Assembly (NCBI RefSeq): GCF_009914755.1
Contig: NC_060928.1
Reading direction: 5' to 3' (one strand)
DNA: 64,000 nt
Origin: the human T2T-CHM13v2.0 reference genome, Homo sapiens
Position 1 is the first letter of the stretch, and every line of letters begins with the position of its first letter. The position numbers were made by a program, and so were the translations under genes. The notes under the pieces were generated by a model that saw nothing but the letters and a program-made list of their open reading frames with translations, had not been told where the DNA came from and made no database searches. Below, one piece after another: positions 40,650 to 58,710 of this stretch.

Positions 40650-41973
40650 TAATAGACTTCTTATATTATATACTCCAGGATATGAACTGAGCCTGGCACT
40701 ACAAATACATTGCCTCTTTAAAGAAACTTTATATGGGGATCCTTGAAAAATAAAACAGTTTTACGGTTTTATATAAAGAAACAGTGTCTGGTTCAAGTTC
40801 ATGTTTGAATTAAAAAAAAAAAACACAGCAGTGAAGGCAGGCTTGGTGGCTCATGCCTGTAATCCCAGCACTTCTGTGGGCTCAGGCAGGAGGATTGCTT
40901 GAACCCAGGAGTTCGACACTAGCCTGGGCAACAATGTAAGACCTCTGTCTCTACAGAAAAATTCAGAAAGTTAGTTGGGTATGATGGCTCACTCCTGTGG
41001 TCCCAGCTGCATGGGAGGCTGAGGCAGGGGCATCAGGTGAGCCCAGGAGGTCGAGGCCGCAGTGAGCCGTGTTTGTGCCACTGCACTCCAGCCTGGGTGA
41101 CAGAGCAAGACTGTCTCAAAAAAGAATGAACCAACTCTGGGGGTTGCATGTGGGGAAGTGGCATTGAAAAGACTAACTCTTCTCGTTTAACTCCTTGTCC
41201 GTGATTTCCCAGCCATCGCTATGTACACACACACACACACTATGACACAGGAAATTAACAGGAAGACTTAGAGGAGTTGTCATGGGAAGGAGCATGCAAG
41301 CGGGGTTGTGAGTATAAGGGGTAGTTAGTTGAGCCAGCCAGTTCTGGGATTAAATGCACAGTTCCATTTGTGATCCCCGGACCTTTGCTCTATCTCAATA
41401 TTAAGAATTATAACCCCTGTCCTTAGACCACTTATAGTTTCTTCATATTCTTGTGTTTAGCCACTTAATTTTTGTATTTGGGATCACATAGTACATCTAT
41501 AATTTCAGATCTTTCTCTTCTCATTTAAGCCATTTCCTCAGTTGCAATTGTAGAAATTATTCCTAATTTTGGAGAATAGAAATAATCCCTAAATTGGCTT
41601 CAAAATGAAATTAGCTCCCTTTGATTCTCTGTAAGGAGGTTTTATTCCTGCCCTTCATCTTCTGCTGGCCCCATACACACTTAGGCGGTGGGGCCAGAAC
41701 TTGGGTCATCGGCAGCTGGGATGAGGCAGGGAGCTGTCTGCCTGCTTGCTCTTTTCTCTCTGGTCCTGTTTTGGTACCACATGCCCAGACTTCCACTGCT
41801 GAGGCAGAATGAAAAACTAAGTTAATATCCCAAATAATGGCTGGGCGCGGTAACTCACACCTGTAATCCTAGCACTTTGGGAGGCCAAGGTGGGTGGATC
41901 ATTTGAGGTCAGGAATTCAAGACCAGCCTGGCCAACATGGTGAAACCTTGTGTCTACTAAAATACAAATATTA

Positions 41974-42213
<240 letters not shown>

Positions 42214-43584
42214 TTAGGGATAAAACTTGCCCTGCAGTGAATTAGATAAAAAGCCTGAATATGGAACGGCCACTTGTAGTGTCAAGCCCCATGTGGATTG
42301 TGATGGCTTAACTTGGTCATATTCCCGGGTTGCCAGTCACGATGAAAACTTTGCTCAGGGCAGTCAGGCTAGGAAGTAGGGGTGAGTGGAAGATAGCTGC
42401 CTTTCTCCAATGGCATCTGCAGAGGTGGTCTGAAGAAGACATTCCCACACAGAGAGGGGAGTCTTGAGTACTGTTTGCTCTGGGAAAGTGACAGGCCCTT
42501 TCACAGGCAGAACAGAAAGCAGGCACTTGAGGAGGTGGGTGGGTGGAAGAAACAGCTCAGCCCCAGTGTGTCTCCTGGGAACTTAACTCTCTCAGCACGA
42601 CTGCCCTTCAGTTAATCTGTTCAGGTGCTGTGACTCTTCTCCAAAGGCTGAGAAACTAATGGTGATTACTCTTATACCAAATCTAAATTCCACGGGATTT
42701 ATATATATATATTCCAGATTTCTCACCAGTTTTGTTCTATCTGTCCTAGTAAGCGCCATCTCTCTTATCACAGGCCTGTATCCCATTTCCCACTCTAACT
42801 TGCTCCATTCTAGGCTGGGAGTATGACATGTTTAGGGTCTGGAGGTAAGAGCAGATATCTTGGGCTGATTAAACCATAGGATTCCATTTGTCCCATTATC
42901 TTCTTTGTGTTTTTATTTTTTTGATACAGGGTCTCACTCTGTCACCCAGGCTGGAGTGCAGTAGTGCGATCTCGGCTTGCTGCAGCCTTGACCTCCTGGG
43001 CTTAAGCAATCCTCCCACCTCAGCACTCTTGAGTAGCTGGGACTACAGGCACACGCCACCACGCCCGGCTAATTTTTGTATTGTTTTGTAGAGATAGAGT
43101 TTCACCATGTTGCCCAGGCTGGTCTCGAACTCTTGGACTCAAGTCTGGCGTTCAAGTGAACTCCTGGGTCCACCGTGCCCAGCCCCATATCATTTTAATT
43201 CGTGTTACCAACAGCTTGTCCTTTGGGAAACAGCTCAGTTCTCGGTATGGGCTGATGGGAGGAAGTGGAGGAAAGGTGTAGGACAGAACATGGCTCCATC
43301 CTTCTGCATTCATAAGTACTTAATAAAGCTCAGAAGTGTAGGATACACTGCCATTCTCTTCTGTCAAGTACAGTTACGTATTTTTTAAAATTTTATCATG
43401 GAAAAATTAAAACATACATAAAAGAGATAATAATATAGTCAACCCCAGGGTGCCCATCTTTTAGCTTCAACAGTCATCAAATCAGGGCCAAATTCATTTC
43501 TTCCATCCCCACATCCCCCTGCTGACTTTGCTGCAAATCTCAGACATCATTTTTTGGTGTTTCTGACACACACACATCCTTTGA

Positions 43585-43734
<150 letters not shown>

Positions 43735-44680
43735 AGAAGGGTTGTTAAGGCAGACCGCCCTGTTCCCCAGAGTTGTCCCTGTAGTGTCTAGGTTTATTCT
43801 AATGGTAAAAGTAACTTACTTAAAAAACATATGTACACATATGTATGCAAGTATGTATATATGTGTATGCTCAGATTAACTTCCATAGGTACATAAGTGA
43901 AAGAAGTCTCAGTTCAGTGAACACAAAACTTATTTAAAGATGCTTTATATGTAGAAATTGTTTCAAATCATACTCTAACCCTTAGTGAGGGCAAAGTGTA
44001 GTTGGTAGAAGAAATTGCTAAATACCTATCTAATGTGCTATGTTTATCAAATCGTGTACTAAAATGGAAAGCTAGTTTTGAGAAATTATTCAGAAGCCTT
44101 GTTATTTTAAAAATGAAATATTTCAAAGACTGAATATTTTCAAAGAAAATGAATAATTCATTGCCCTTGTGATTTAGAAGATTATAACAGCTGTATTTCA
44201 TATTTGCCTCCTTATATATATCAAAGACCAAGGTATTTCCTTCTGCTTCAAAAGAACAAAATTGGGAAAGAAAACTCACTTGAGTCTTGATCAAACAAGT
44301 GTCTTTTACTTAAGAAGAAACTTGGTAATCATTGTGGCACCCACAGCAAGCAGTTGCCTTACCAGTGAAAAAGGTGCACTGAGGTAACATCTAAAACAGA
44401 GATGTGGTTCTTAATGTTTAACAGAACAGTTCTAATCCTGCCACGTGTTATCATTATAGATTTTATAGTTGCCTTTCTAACTACTTAGCACAGTTTGAGA
44501 ATACGTTAATTGCTATTTACTATTTAAAAAGTTTTACTGAAATCAGTCCATAACATTAAGATGAGCCCTAATATGTAAGATTTTCCTCTGGAATGGATGT
44601 GAGAAATGTAAATTTTATAACAGCAGTATTTATCCTGGTTTAATTCTAATACGATGTCATGTTAATTTCATGTTGTGATT

Positions 44681-44686
44681 AATAAA
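44681..44686 (+). terminator. ENOPH1: ENOPH1 polyadenylation signal AATAAA
   Basis: AATAAA about 950 nt after the stop, followed by T-rich sequence. Confidence 0.8.
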
Positions 44687-46188
44687 AGCATTTTTTCTTC
44701 ACTCAGTTTTATATAGGTTCCTGAACTCTATCCACATGCCGCCATAGCAAAAGAGAAACTGAAAAACAAGAATATTTAGCTCTTATCTTAATCGTGTATC
44801 ATGTGTGTGTTTTAATGGAGTGCCGGTGGCAATTCATGGTTATTATTTGAGTTATGTATACATATAAGGTTACTATTCCATTTGGATAGTAAGCATTCAG
44901 GATATGAGTGGAGTTCCTTATATTTTTGAGAATCTTAACTTTGAGGTCTCTAAGGTAATGCTTGAAGGAGGGAGTTACTCTCCTAACTAATCAAGAAAAA
45001 CTCACGAATCCTGGAGGAGCAATTTTAGAAATGCTTTGAATAAGGAAAAAGAAGTCTTAGAACTATGAGAGGACAGGGGATATAAAAGATTTTATGTTGA
45101 TAATTTTGATCTAGTAGCCAATTAAGAAATCTAGGGTCTATGAAAATATATGAATAAAAAAGAAAGGAAATGAGTTTAGGTACATCTTAGAAATGGGAAT
45201 AATTTGTAAATGATGATAAAACCACAAATAGTAATAAAAGGATGAACTTAATACCTTTTTTGGAAAGCTCATAGGCAGATGGCAGAAAGGGGTATATCTT
45301 AATGTTATTTAAGGAGTAGTTGGAAAATGAAGAAATGAGAAGATTAGGCACTAGGATCTAGATTAGAAAGGAATTGAATAAAAAGGAAGGCACACAGCAT
45401 CTAGCCAGCAAAGGATTGAGGTGGAGAGGCATTTTACTACCCATGTACACTGAGTAAGGAGGACAGAAAATCAATAGATTTCAGGAATTAAGAGAAAATT
45501 GAAGTATCAAATTTATTTTGCAAAGTAAGGGAAAAACTAGTTGAATGGAATCGTTTTTAGATCCTAGGAAAACCATTCACAAATGATGGAGAAAGGTCGT
45601 AGGAAGAATTTGAAAGATAAAGTAGATTGGCAAGAGGAAAAATACCTATCTAAGAATGTAAGCAGTGATACACAATGTATACATGTATTGAAACACCACA
45701 GTGTACCCCATAAATATGCACAGTTATGCATCATTAAAAAACTTTTTTTAATGTGGATAATGAGCTAGAAGATGAAGTCAGATGAATTCATAGTCCTTAT
45801 GAGGGGAAGGAAGGCAAAAAACCTCTGGAACTTCCAAAAAGAGGACAAAGGCCTCAGCCTCTTGTTTGCAGAGAATATGGAGGACAAAAGCGTCTTAAAG
45901 TTGTGGCTCTTTTTATTCCTGTTTATTAATCCAGATGTACCTCTGTTGTTCTCTTTCCTACAGTGGCGCTGATTTCTAATCTTGGGTCAAAGCCCAGGTT
46001 GGTTTTTTAGAAGAGAAGCCCTTGACAGAAGATTCTCTAATCTTATCAACATTTCTGGAGTAGCAGGACTTCTTTTTGGTCTGGAAAGCGGGTTTTAGTT
46101 GCTACGCAGAATGTCAAATGTGTAGTTGCACAAGGAAAGGTTGAAAGCCACTGGCTTATTGCCAGGGCAGATGCACGGCAGCCTTTCC

Positions 46189-46301
46189 CCAGCAGATGGT
46201 GCTGTTTCTCCAGACTTGATATGAAGTGTGAGGCTCCACCCCTCCTCCCCCCCTCCCCCAACCCCCGCCCCGTCGCCCGCCAAATACAGCAGATGGAGCT
46301 A
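46189..46301 (+). promoter_or_regulatory. two CTCF-like motifs flanking a C-rich/GC-box tract
   Basis: CCAGCAGATGGTGCTG (46189-46204) and ACAGCAGATGGAGCTA (46286-46301) against the core CCASYAGRKGGCRC. Confidence 0.55.
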
Positions 46302-46684
46302 AGAGAGAGAAAACTATATTTTGTTTATCCTTACAAGCCAAAAGCTTGATGTTGCAAGAGTTGGAGTAGTTTGGAAAAAATGGCAGTAATCCTGAATGAA
46401 ATCCAACTATCTAATATTCCTTTTCCTCAATAAAAAATTAGTGATTTTTAGCCCCTTTTTCCAGCGGCAGTGTTAAAAAGGGATTGTTTTCAGGGCTTTT
46501 TTTATTCCCACGAGTACAAAGTTGAGTATAATATATTCCAAAAGTTTGTTAACCTACCACCTGTGCCCAGATGGCAAAGTGATATTATCCTCAACCTAAT
46601 ATTTAAGAATAACGTGGAGTTTTTACTAAAACACTTGGAGTAACTGACAGAAGTAAAATTTCTACCTTACAAATTCAACCCAAA

Positions 46685-48160
46685 TTTATTCCTTAAATAT
46701 TTATTAAGCATTTACCTTGCATCCCAGATCTGCTATGAGGGGACAAAGTTCCTTTCTACTCCCATTGTGCATACATTTTTCGAGAAGAGAAACAATGGTG
46801 ACTAAGACAAGAAAAAATTAGATACTAGTAAGCGCTCTGCAGAGAACACAGGGTAGAATAACTTTACAGGAGGGGTGATGAGAAGGTGACATCTAATCTA
46901 AATGACATGGAAGACATGTAGGAAACTAGGAGAACTGGTGTTCCATGCAGATGGAACAGCATAGCACAGATCTAGGGCAAAGCTTGGCCTTTTTCAGGAA
47001 TTGAGAGCCCAGTGGCTGGATACCATCAGAGAAGTGGGCTGAAGCCAGATGATAGTGCTTTGTACTCCAGTAAGAAGTTTGAATTGTATTCTAAGTATGG
47101 TAAAAAGCCCCTGGAGGACTTTGAGCAGAAGATAACCTGAGTGGTTTACATATTTAAGGAATTCTGTATGGAATGGAGAATGGTTTATAAGTGGGCATGA
47201 CTGCATGCAGGAAGGTGAGTTAAGTATATCAGGGTTGAGTGCTGCAGGCAAAAATCACAAGGAGTTAGGTGTATACAACATCAGTGGAAGAACTGGGAGA
47301 AGAGTCAGGGCAACTACCACTGGACTGTGGAGTTAGAGGACACCTCACAGTGGTTAGCTCAGGAAGCCTGCTACCATTGCCACTGTAGCTCATGCCCACG
47401 ACGCTGGCCAGACTCTGGAATGCCAGGCCCCATTGCTGCAACCTCTCCAAACAGAACACTTCCATCTCTTCTCCAATTAGGGGGTAAAATTGGCACTTGA
47501 GAGAGTCAATCTACTGGGTCTGAGAAGGCTGTTGTAGTAATGAAGGTAAGGGATGGTGGTGGCTTGCCTTAGGGTGGTAAAAGCAGAAATAGAAGTGGAA
47601 AGATTCAGAATAGGTTTTAGACATGACAGTGACCACTTATTGATTGATTGGATTTGAAAGGGTAACTCTTACATTTTTAGCTTAAGCAACTGGATAGATG
47701 ATACTACTGGAAAAATAGCAGTGCTGCTGATAATAATGTAAAGCCAATGTAGATCCTGATGTCAACATGACCGAAGAGCAGTTGGATATAAGTCTAGAGT
47801 TCAGAATGCTGGCCTGGCTGGAGATCAGATTTGAGAGTTCACTGGCATAGAGATGCTATTAAAAGCCATGGGATGGGGTTGCTTAGGAAGAGTCTGTTGA
47901 TAGAGAAGAGAGCCTAAACAGCCCGTAGGCTCCAACACTAGAGGTCAAGCCAAGCAAAGAAACCAGCAAAGGAGATGGGAAAGTATTGGGCACTGAGGAA
48001 GGAAAACCAGGAGAGTGGCAGGGGAGCCCATTAAAGAAGGAACTATTCAAATTTATCAATTGCTGCTAAGAATTCAGTTGAGAATAGCAGTGGCCCTGCA
48101 GTCTAAGTGGAGTGGTGGGAACAGAAGTAAGATTAAGTTGAGGAGGTCAGGAGGGCCTAT
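46685..48160 (-). mobile_element. L2 LINE remnant
   Basis: AAATATTTATTAAGCATTTAC 3' end, then L2 phrases (GTTGGATATAAGTCTAGAGTTCAG, AAAGCCATGGGA). Confidence 0.7.
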
Positions 48161-48164
48161 GAGG

Positions 48165-50640
<2,476 letters not shown>

Positions 50641-50642
50641 TT

Positions 50643-51700
50643 GTATTAGTTTCCTAGGGCTGCAAGGTACTGCAAATTGAGTGGCTTAAAGCAAAAGAAA
50701 CTTAGCCTCCCAAAGTTCTAGATGCTAGAAGTCTGAAATCAAGGTGTTGGCAGAGTTGGTGCCTTATGGAGGCACTAAGCGAGAATCTGTTCCATTCCAC
50801 CTAGCTTCTGGTGACAGCTGACAAGCCAGGCCATTGCTTGGGTCATAAATGCGTGACTCCAATTTCTACTTCTGTCTTCACATGGCATTTTTTCCTGTGT
50901 GTCTATGTCTTCACAAGGCTATTTTATGAGCACACCAGTCATATTAGAGGAAGGGCCTACCCTAAACCAGTATGATCTCAACTAACTACATCTGCAGTGA
51001 TTCTATTTCCAAATAAGGTTGCACTCTGATGTACTGGGAATTAGGATGCAGCATATCTTTGGGGTGGGGGGGATACATATTTCAACCCATAACACCAAGA
51101 ATGTCAGAGCTTTTCAAAGCCCTTGTTCACCAAAGCATCACTAGCCTTTTCTGTCAAGCGTTTTGGTTAGACTGCTGTTGGCTCCAGCTGTTTTCCATTG
51201 TTCCAGGGTTGTGATTAATACATTTGCCTTTAACTTTTCATCAAAGGACTCTGGTAGCTGCCTCAGAACTGGCAGAGTTCCAAGTTAGGCAAGATAATAG
51301 TAAGCCCATTCAGCTAAGGAGCCACCAGATATGTTGCTATGGACTTAATCGTGTTCCCACAAATTCATATATTGAGGCCCTAGCTAAGCCCCAATGTGAC
51401 TATATTTGGAGATAAGGCCTTTGGGAGGCAATGAAGATTAAATGAGTTAATAAGGGTGGGCCCTAATCCAATGGATTGGTGGCCTTATAAAAGGAGGAGG
51501 AGACACCAGAGAACTCTCCACCATGTGAGGACACACTGAGAAGGTGGCATCTACAAGCCAGGAGGAGCCTTCACTAAAAGCCAAATCTGCCAGAACCTTG
51601 ATCTTGGACTTTGAGCTTCCAGAACTGTAAGAGAATACATTTCTGTCGTTTAAGCCACCCAGTCTGTAGCATTTTGTTACAGCAGCCCAAGCAGACAAAC
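50643..51700. mobile_element. two MLT1 MaLR LTRs (about 50643-51092 and 51331-51700)
   Basis: TGTATTAGTTTCCTAGGGCTGC...AAGTCTGAAATCAAGGTGTTGGCAG...TTCAACCCATAACA; TGCTATGGACT...GGACTTTGAGCTTCCAGAACTGTAAGA. Confidence 0.8.
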
Positions 51701-51899
51701 GCACAGCTCAAAACGAATGACCACAATTCTTTGTGAATGAGATCCATTATTCTGCTCCCTCTGGCATTCTTACCTGTGCTAGAAACCTGGGCTCTTACCT
51801 TCAAGGCCATCATCACTGAGCACAGGAGTGGGAGTTAGAAGGAGGGTAACTTAAATCACCACAGAGCTTCCTGAGCTTTTGCTGAGATTCAGGTAGTTT

Positions 51900-53326
<1,427 letters not shown>

Positions 53327-53479
53327 TAGTCTTTCTTGATTAAGTCCTCCTGGTTGCTGTAAGCTTTTGCTTAGGTTCTAGAATTCTAAAAAAGTTGATT
53401 CTGGCAGTTTTTGCCAGTTTATTTATTGCTTTTTTGGAGGGACTTTTGATGTTCCTTATTCTTCCCTGTTCATGGATGT

Positions 53480-53985
53480 CACCCCTACATGCTTTTCTTA
53501 CAATGTGACTTTTGCAGTCCTCTCACCAAGAGGTGGGGCCTATGTTCCATTCTATGAGACTGGGTGGGACTTACGACTGCTCCAACCAAACAAGGACAAC
53601 AGAGGCCATGGTTTGTAACTTTCTAAGCTAGGTTATGATACAGCTTCTAGCTGACTCACTTTTTTCAAGAGCTGGGGTTAGACAATTACTCTGGGGAAGT
53701 CAGCTACCACACTGTGAGAAGCCCAGATTCACCCATATGGAGAAAAACTAAGGCCTCAAGCTGACAGCCAGCCTTGACCTCCAGACACAAGAATAGGCTG
53801 GTCTTCAGATGCTTCCAGCGTCCAGCCTTCAAGCTCTCTAGTAGAGACCCCAGACTTCAGAGAAAAGCTGTCCCTGCTGTGCCCTGTCTGAATTCCTGAC
53901 CCACAGAATCTGTGAGTATAATAAATGGTGGCTTTATGCCACTACATTTTGTGATAATCTGTTTGGCAGCCAACGTGAATCAAAT
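53480..53985. mobile_element. old MLT1 LTR
   Basis: GCTGTGCCCTGTCTGAATTCCTGACCCACAGAATCTGTGAG...ATAAATGGTGG. Confidence 0.65.
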
Positions 53986-54778
53986 AGTACTAAGCAGTGG
54001 ACAGGATTTTTCATCCGTTTCAGCACAGCGAGGCTTTTAAAAGGCCTCTGCTGGGGTATGCAGTTAGGAACATCGAGATTGTCTCATCATTCCCCCCTCT
54101 CTCCTTCCAAGTGGTGGCATCTCTTATCTTCCTACATTTTGCAAGTGTCCCCATCTTCCCAGTCATACAGGCTTGAACCTTCAGAATGTCTTTGACGCTT
54201 TCTTCCCCTTCACCCTCCTCCACAGGCAGCAAGTCACACCTGTTGTCTTTTGCACAGTGCCTCTCAAATTCGTTTTCTTCCCATTCCTAGCAGCCTGTGC
54301 TTGAAGCTCCAGTAGTTATTCCTACAAAATAAAATGCCACAATAGAAAAAGACTGCTGATAATAAGCATAGTGCTTTCAGGCTTTATACTAGAAAAGGGT
54401 ACTGCTTAAAGCCTTCCAAGGGCAAGTAATGATAATGCTTATGGATACGATAAGGAAGTCAAATGTATTTTGAGAAAGCTCTCTCCTAGGACAATGCAAA
54501 AAGCAAATCACCAGCTGGTCTCTATCTGGAGTACTTCTAGTCACTGAATCCACTTGTTGCTGTGTTTAGTCAAAGCCCTTTCCCCCCAGTGCTCTTAATT
54601 ATCTCTGGCTACAAATCTAAATATAGTTTACAAAAATCTGGTCATCTTAGATGTTATTCTAATATTGACTGGTAAATAAATCTCTTAGTTCTGCTTTATA
54701 CAGAAATATTCATTGAATACCTTACATCTTTTCTTTATTCTGACCCAGATAGCATTTGTGGGTGGAGTTGTTCTTGTT

Positions 54779-54814
54779 GCTGCTGCTGCTGCTGCTGTTG
54801 TTGTTGTTGTTGTT
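54779..54814. repeat. compound microsatellite (GCT)6(GTT)6 in an Alu tail
   Basis: Directly visible, next to the antisense Alu at 54815-55088. Confidence 0.88.
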
Positions 54815-54888
54815 GTGATGGAGTCTCGCTCTGTCGCCCAGGCTGGAGCACAGTGGCACGACCTCGGCTCACCACAACCTCCACCTGA

Positions 54889-55345
<457 letters not shown>

Positions 55346-55733
55346 TAATAGAGAGGGGGTTTTGCCATGTTGCCCAGGCTGGTCTCAAATTCCTGGGCTC
55401 GAATGATCCGCCTGCCTTGGCCTCCCAAAGTGCTGGCATTACAGGCAGGAGCTACTCTGTGCCCAGCAGCTTCTTGTCTTAAAAACATGAAACACATTTA
55501 ATTTTTCTCAGGAAAGGACTTAGTTATCCTTAATATTTTATTTTGAAGCTACATGAGAGGCAATCAGGTACTAACACAGGGTTTGCATAAGGATATTTCA
55601 AGTCTTATTTAGAATTTGGGTATTTAACATGTACTAGTTGCTGCAGACATCATAAAAAATAACTATAATCGGCCGGGCGCGGTGGCTCACGCCTGTAATC
55701 CCAGCACTTTGGGAGGCCGAGGCGGGTGGATCA

Positions 55734-56057
<324 letters not shown>

Positions 56058-56913
56058 TTACAATAGCACTGTTTCTTAAATGCCTTGAGTGACTGAGCAG
56101 CTCATATATAATAGACCAAATATTTAAAAAACATCTGGGGTTGGGGGTTGGCAGCTACCAGTCATTTATTTTAGAAATAGTAAGTACTTACCTATATGCC
56201 AAGCACTGGTTCTAAGTACTGGCTGCATATACGGCAGACACAAATCTCTATCCTCCTGGAGTTTATATTTTAGCAGTAGAGAGAGTCAGATAATAACAAA
56301 ATAATAAAATGTGTCAGTATTATGCACGTTAGAATTTTAACTGATTACAGGCTATGTTTAAAAAATGCTGTACCCAGGAGATCAAGGCTGCAGTGAGCTA
56401 CGATGGTGCCACTGCACTCCAGCCTGGGTGAGCAAGATCCTGTTTAAAAAAAAAATGCTATACAGCAAAATAAAACTGGAAAGAGGGATAGAGTGTACAG
56501 AGGTGGCCTTGCAGGGAATGAATTTCAGAGAGGTCAGGGGTGTCAGTGAGAATGTAACATTTGAGTAGGTGAAGAAGGTGAGAGATTTAAATATATAGGG
56601 GAAGATTTCCCAGGGCAGAGGTCACAGCAAGTGCAAAGGCCCTGTATTAGTTCCTTCTCACACTGCTATAAAGAATTGCCTGAGACTGGCTAATTTATAA
56701 TGGAAATAGGTTTAATTGACTCACAGTTCCACATGGCAGGGAAGGCCTCAGGAAACTTACAATCATGGCAGAAGGGGAAGCAAATACATCCTTCTTCACA
56801 TGGTAGCAGCAAGGAGAAGTGCAGAGCGAAGGTGGGGAAAAGCCCTTTATAAAACTATCAGATCTTGTGAGAACTCACTATCATGAGAACAGCATGAGAG
56901 TAACCACCCCCAC

Positions 56914-57627
56914 TGAGAGACAGGACTAGCTGGATTTCCTAGGCTGACTAAGAATCCATAAGCCTAGCTGGGAAGGTGACCACATCCGCCTTTAAACACG
57001 GGGCTTGCAACTTAGCTCACACCTGACCAATCAGGTAGTAAAGAGAGCTCACTAAAATGCTAATTAGGCTAAAACAGGAGGTAAAGAAATAGCCAATCAT
57101 CTATTGCCTGAGAGCACAGGGGGAGGGACAATGATTGGGATATAAACCCAGGCATTTGAGCCGGCAAAGGCAACCCCCTTTGGGTCCCCTCCTGTTGTAT
57201 GGGAGCTCTGTTTTCATTCTATTAAATCTTACAACTGCATACTCTCTGGTCCGTGTTTGTTCTGGTTCGAACTGAGCTTTCGCTCGCCATCTACCACTGC
57301 TGATTGCTGTTGTTGCAGACACCACCACTGACTTCCACCCCTCCGGATCCAGCAGGGTATCTGCTGCACTTCAGATCCAGTGAGGCGGGGCCCATTGCTG
57401 CTCCCAATCGGGCTAGAGGCTCGCCGTTGTTCCTGACCAGGCTAAGTGCCTGGGGTTTGTCCTAATCAAGCTGAATAGAGCTACAACACTCACTACATGG
57501 CCCAAGATTCCATTCCTTGGAATCTGAGGCCAAGAACCTCAGGTCAGAGAACAAGAGGCTTGCCGCCATCTTGGAAGTGGCCCGCCGCCATCTTGGGAGC
57601 TCTAAGAACAAGGACCCCCCAGTAACA
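56914..57627 (+). repeat. 5' LTR17
   Basis: TGAGAGACAGGACTAGCTGGATTTCCTAGG...GGACCCCCCAGTAACA; CCAAT boxes, TATAAA 57141-57146, ATTAAA 57221-57226. Confidence 0.95.
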
Positions 57628-58602
57628 TATTGGCAACCCAGATGGGAATTTCCAAAGTGGTAATATGAGACCACTTTTGCTTGCTATTCTGTTCTATCCT
57701 TCCTTAGAATCAGAGGAAAATACCGGGCACCTGTTGGCGAGTTAAAAAACGATTAGCCTGGCTGCCGGACTTAAGACTCCGGTGTGAGGCTGTCTGGGAA
57801 AGGGCTTTCTAACAACCCCCAACCCTTCTGGGTTGGGGGCATTGGTCTACCTGGAACCAGCTTCCACTTTGAATTTTCCTGGGGAAGCCGAGGGCCAAGT
57901 AGAGGCAGAAAGCTGTTGTCCCGAACTCCCAGTTAAGATCATGGCGCAGCCAGAAGTCTTTACTCAACAGTCATCCATGCGTGCGCACCTACCTTTCCTT
58001 CTGACCCATACCTCCTGGGTCCTGACCACCACTTTCTTGAAAGTGTAGCCCCAAAATTCTCCTTACCTCTGAATCTACTTCCTCCAATCCCTGCTTCCTA
58101 GGTACTAATGCTTCAGACTTTCACTTCCTCTCCCAAGCATTAGAGTGAGTTGTATCTCCAAAGGGATCTAGGGAAGCTCGATGCTGTGTCCTTAGGCATC
58201 TAGGCTATGAACCCAGGGAGTCTTGTCCCTGGTGCCCCTCCCAATTTAGGTATATAGCTCTCAACATGGGCAGTTATGTGAGACCCGTTCCCCACCACCC
58301 TTGCTAGGGCCCCAAGTTTGTAAATGGCTAGGAGGATTGCTCTCCCATTGTGTAAGATGCTCTCCTCCCCCAATTTCTACCCAGCTTACCCCCCTGCAAT
58401 ACAATCTCTAAGGCTTGGTTCCTTGGCCAGGGCCTTAGAACTGATGACCCAGTACTTTAACAACTGGAACTGGGTCTACGACAACATAATAGATCAGGAT
58501 GAAGGCGAATTGAGTAAATTAAAAGGGAGGCGCATATTCCTATGGTGGTTGGGGGCAACGAGCGAACATCCTTCCGCTGTGTTCCCAAAATCTATCTACA
58601 AA

Positions 58603-58657
58603 GAAAAGGGAAGGAGAGAGAGAGAGACAGAGAGGAGAGAGAGAGAAAAAAAGAGAG

Positions 58658-58688
<31 letters not shown>

Positions 58689-58710
58689 AAGTCAAAGAGA
58701 AAGAAAGAGA
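58603..58710 (+). repeat. (AG)n-rich purine tract in the HERV-W pre-gag leader
   Basis: About 100 nt of almost pure GA repeats. Confidence 0.9.
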
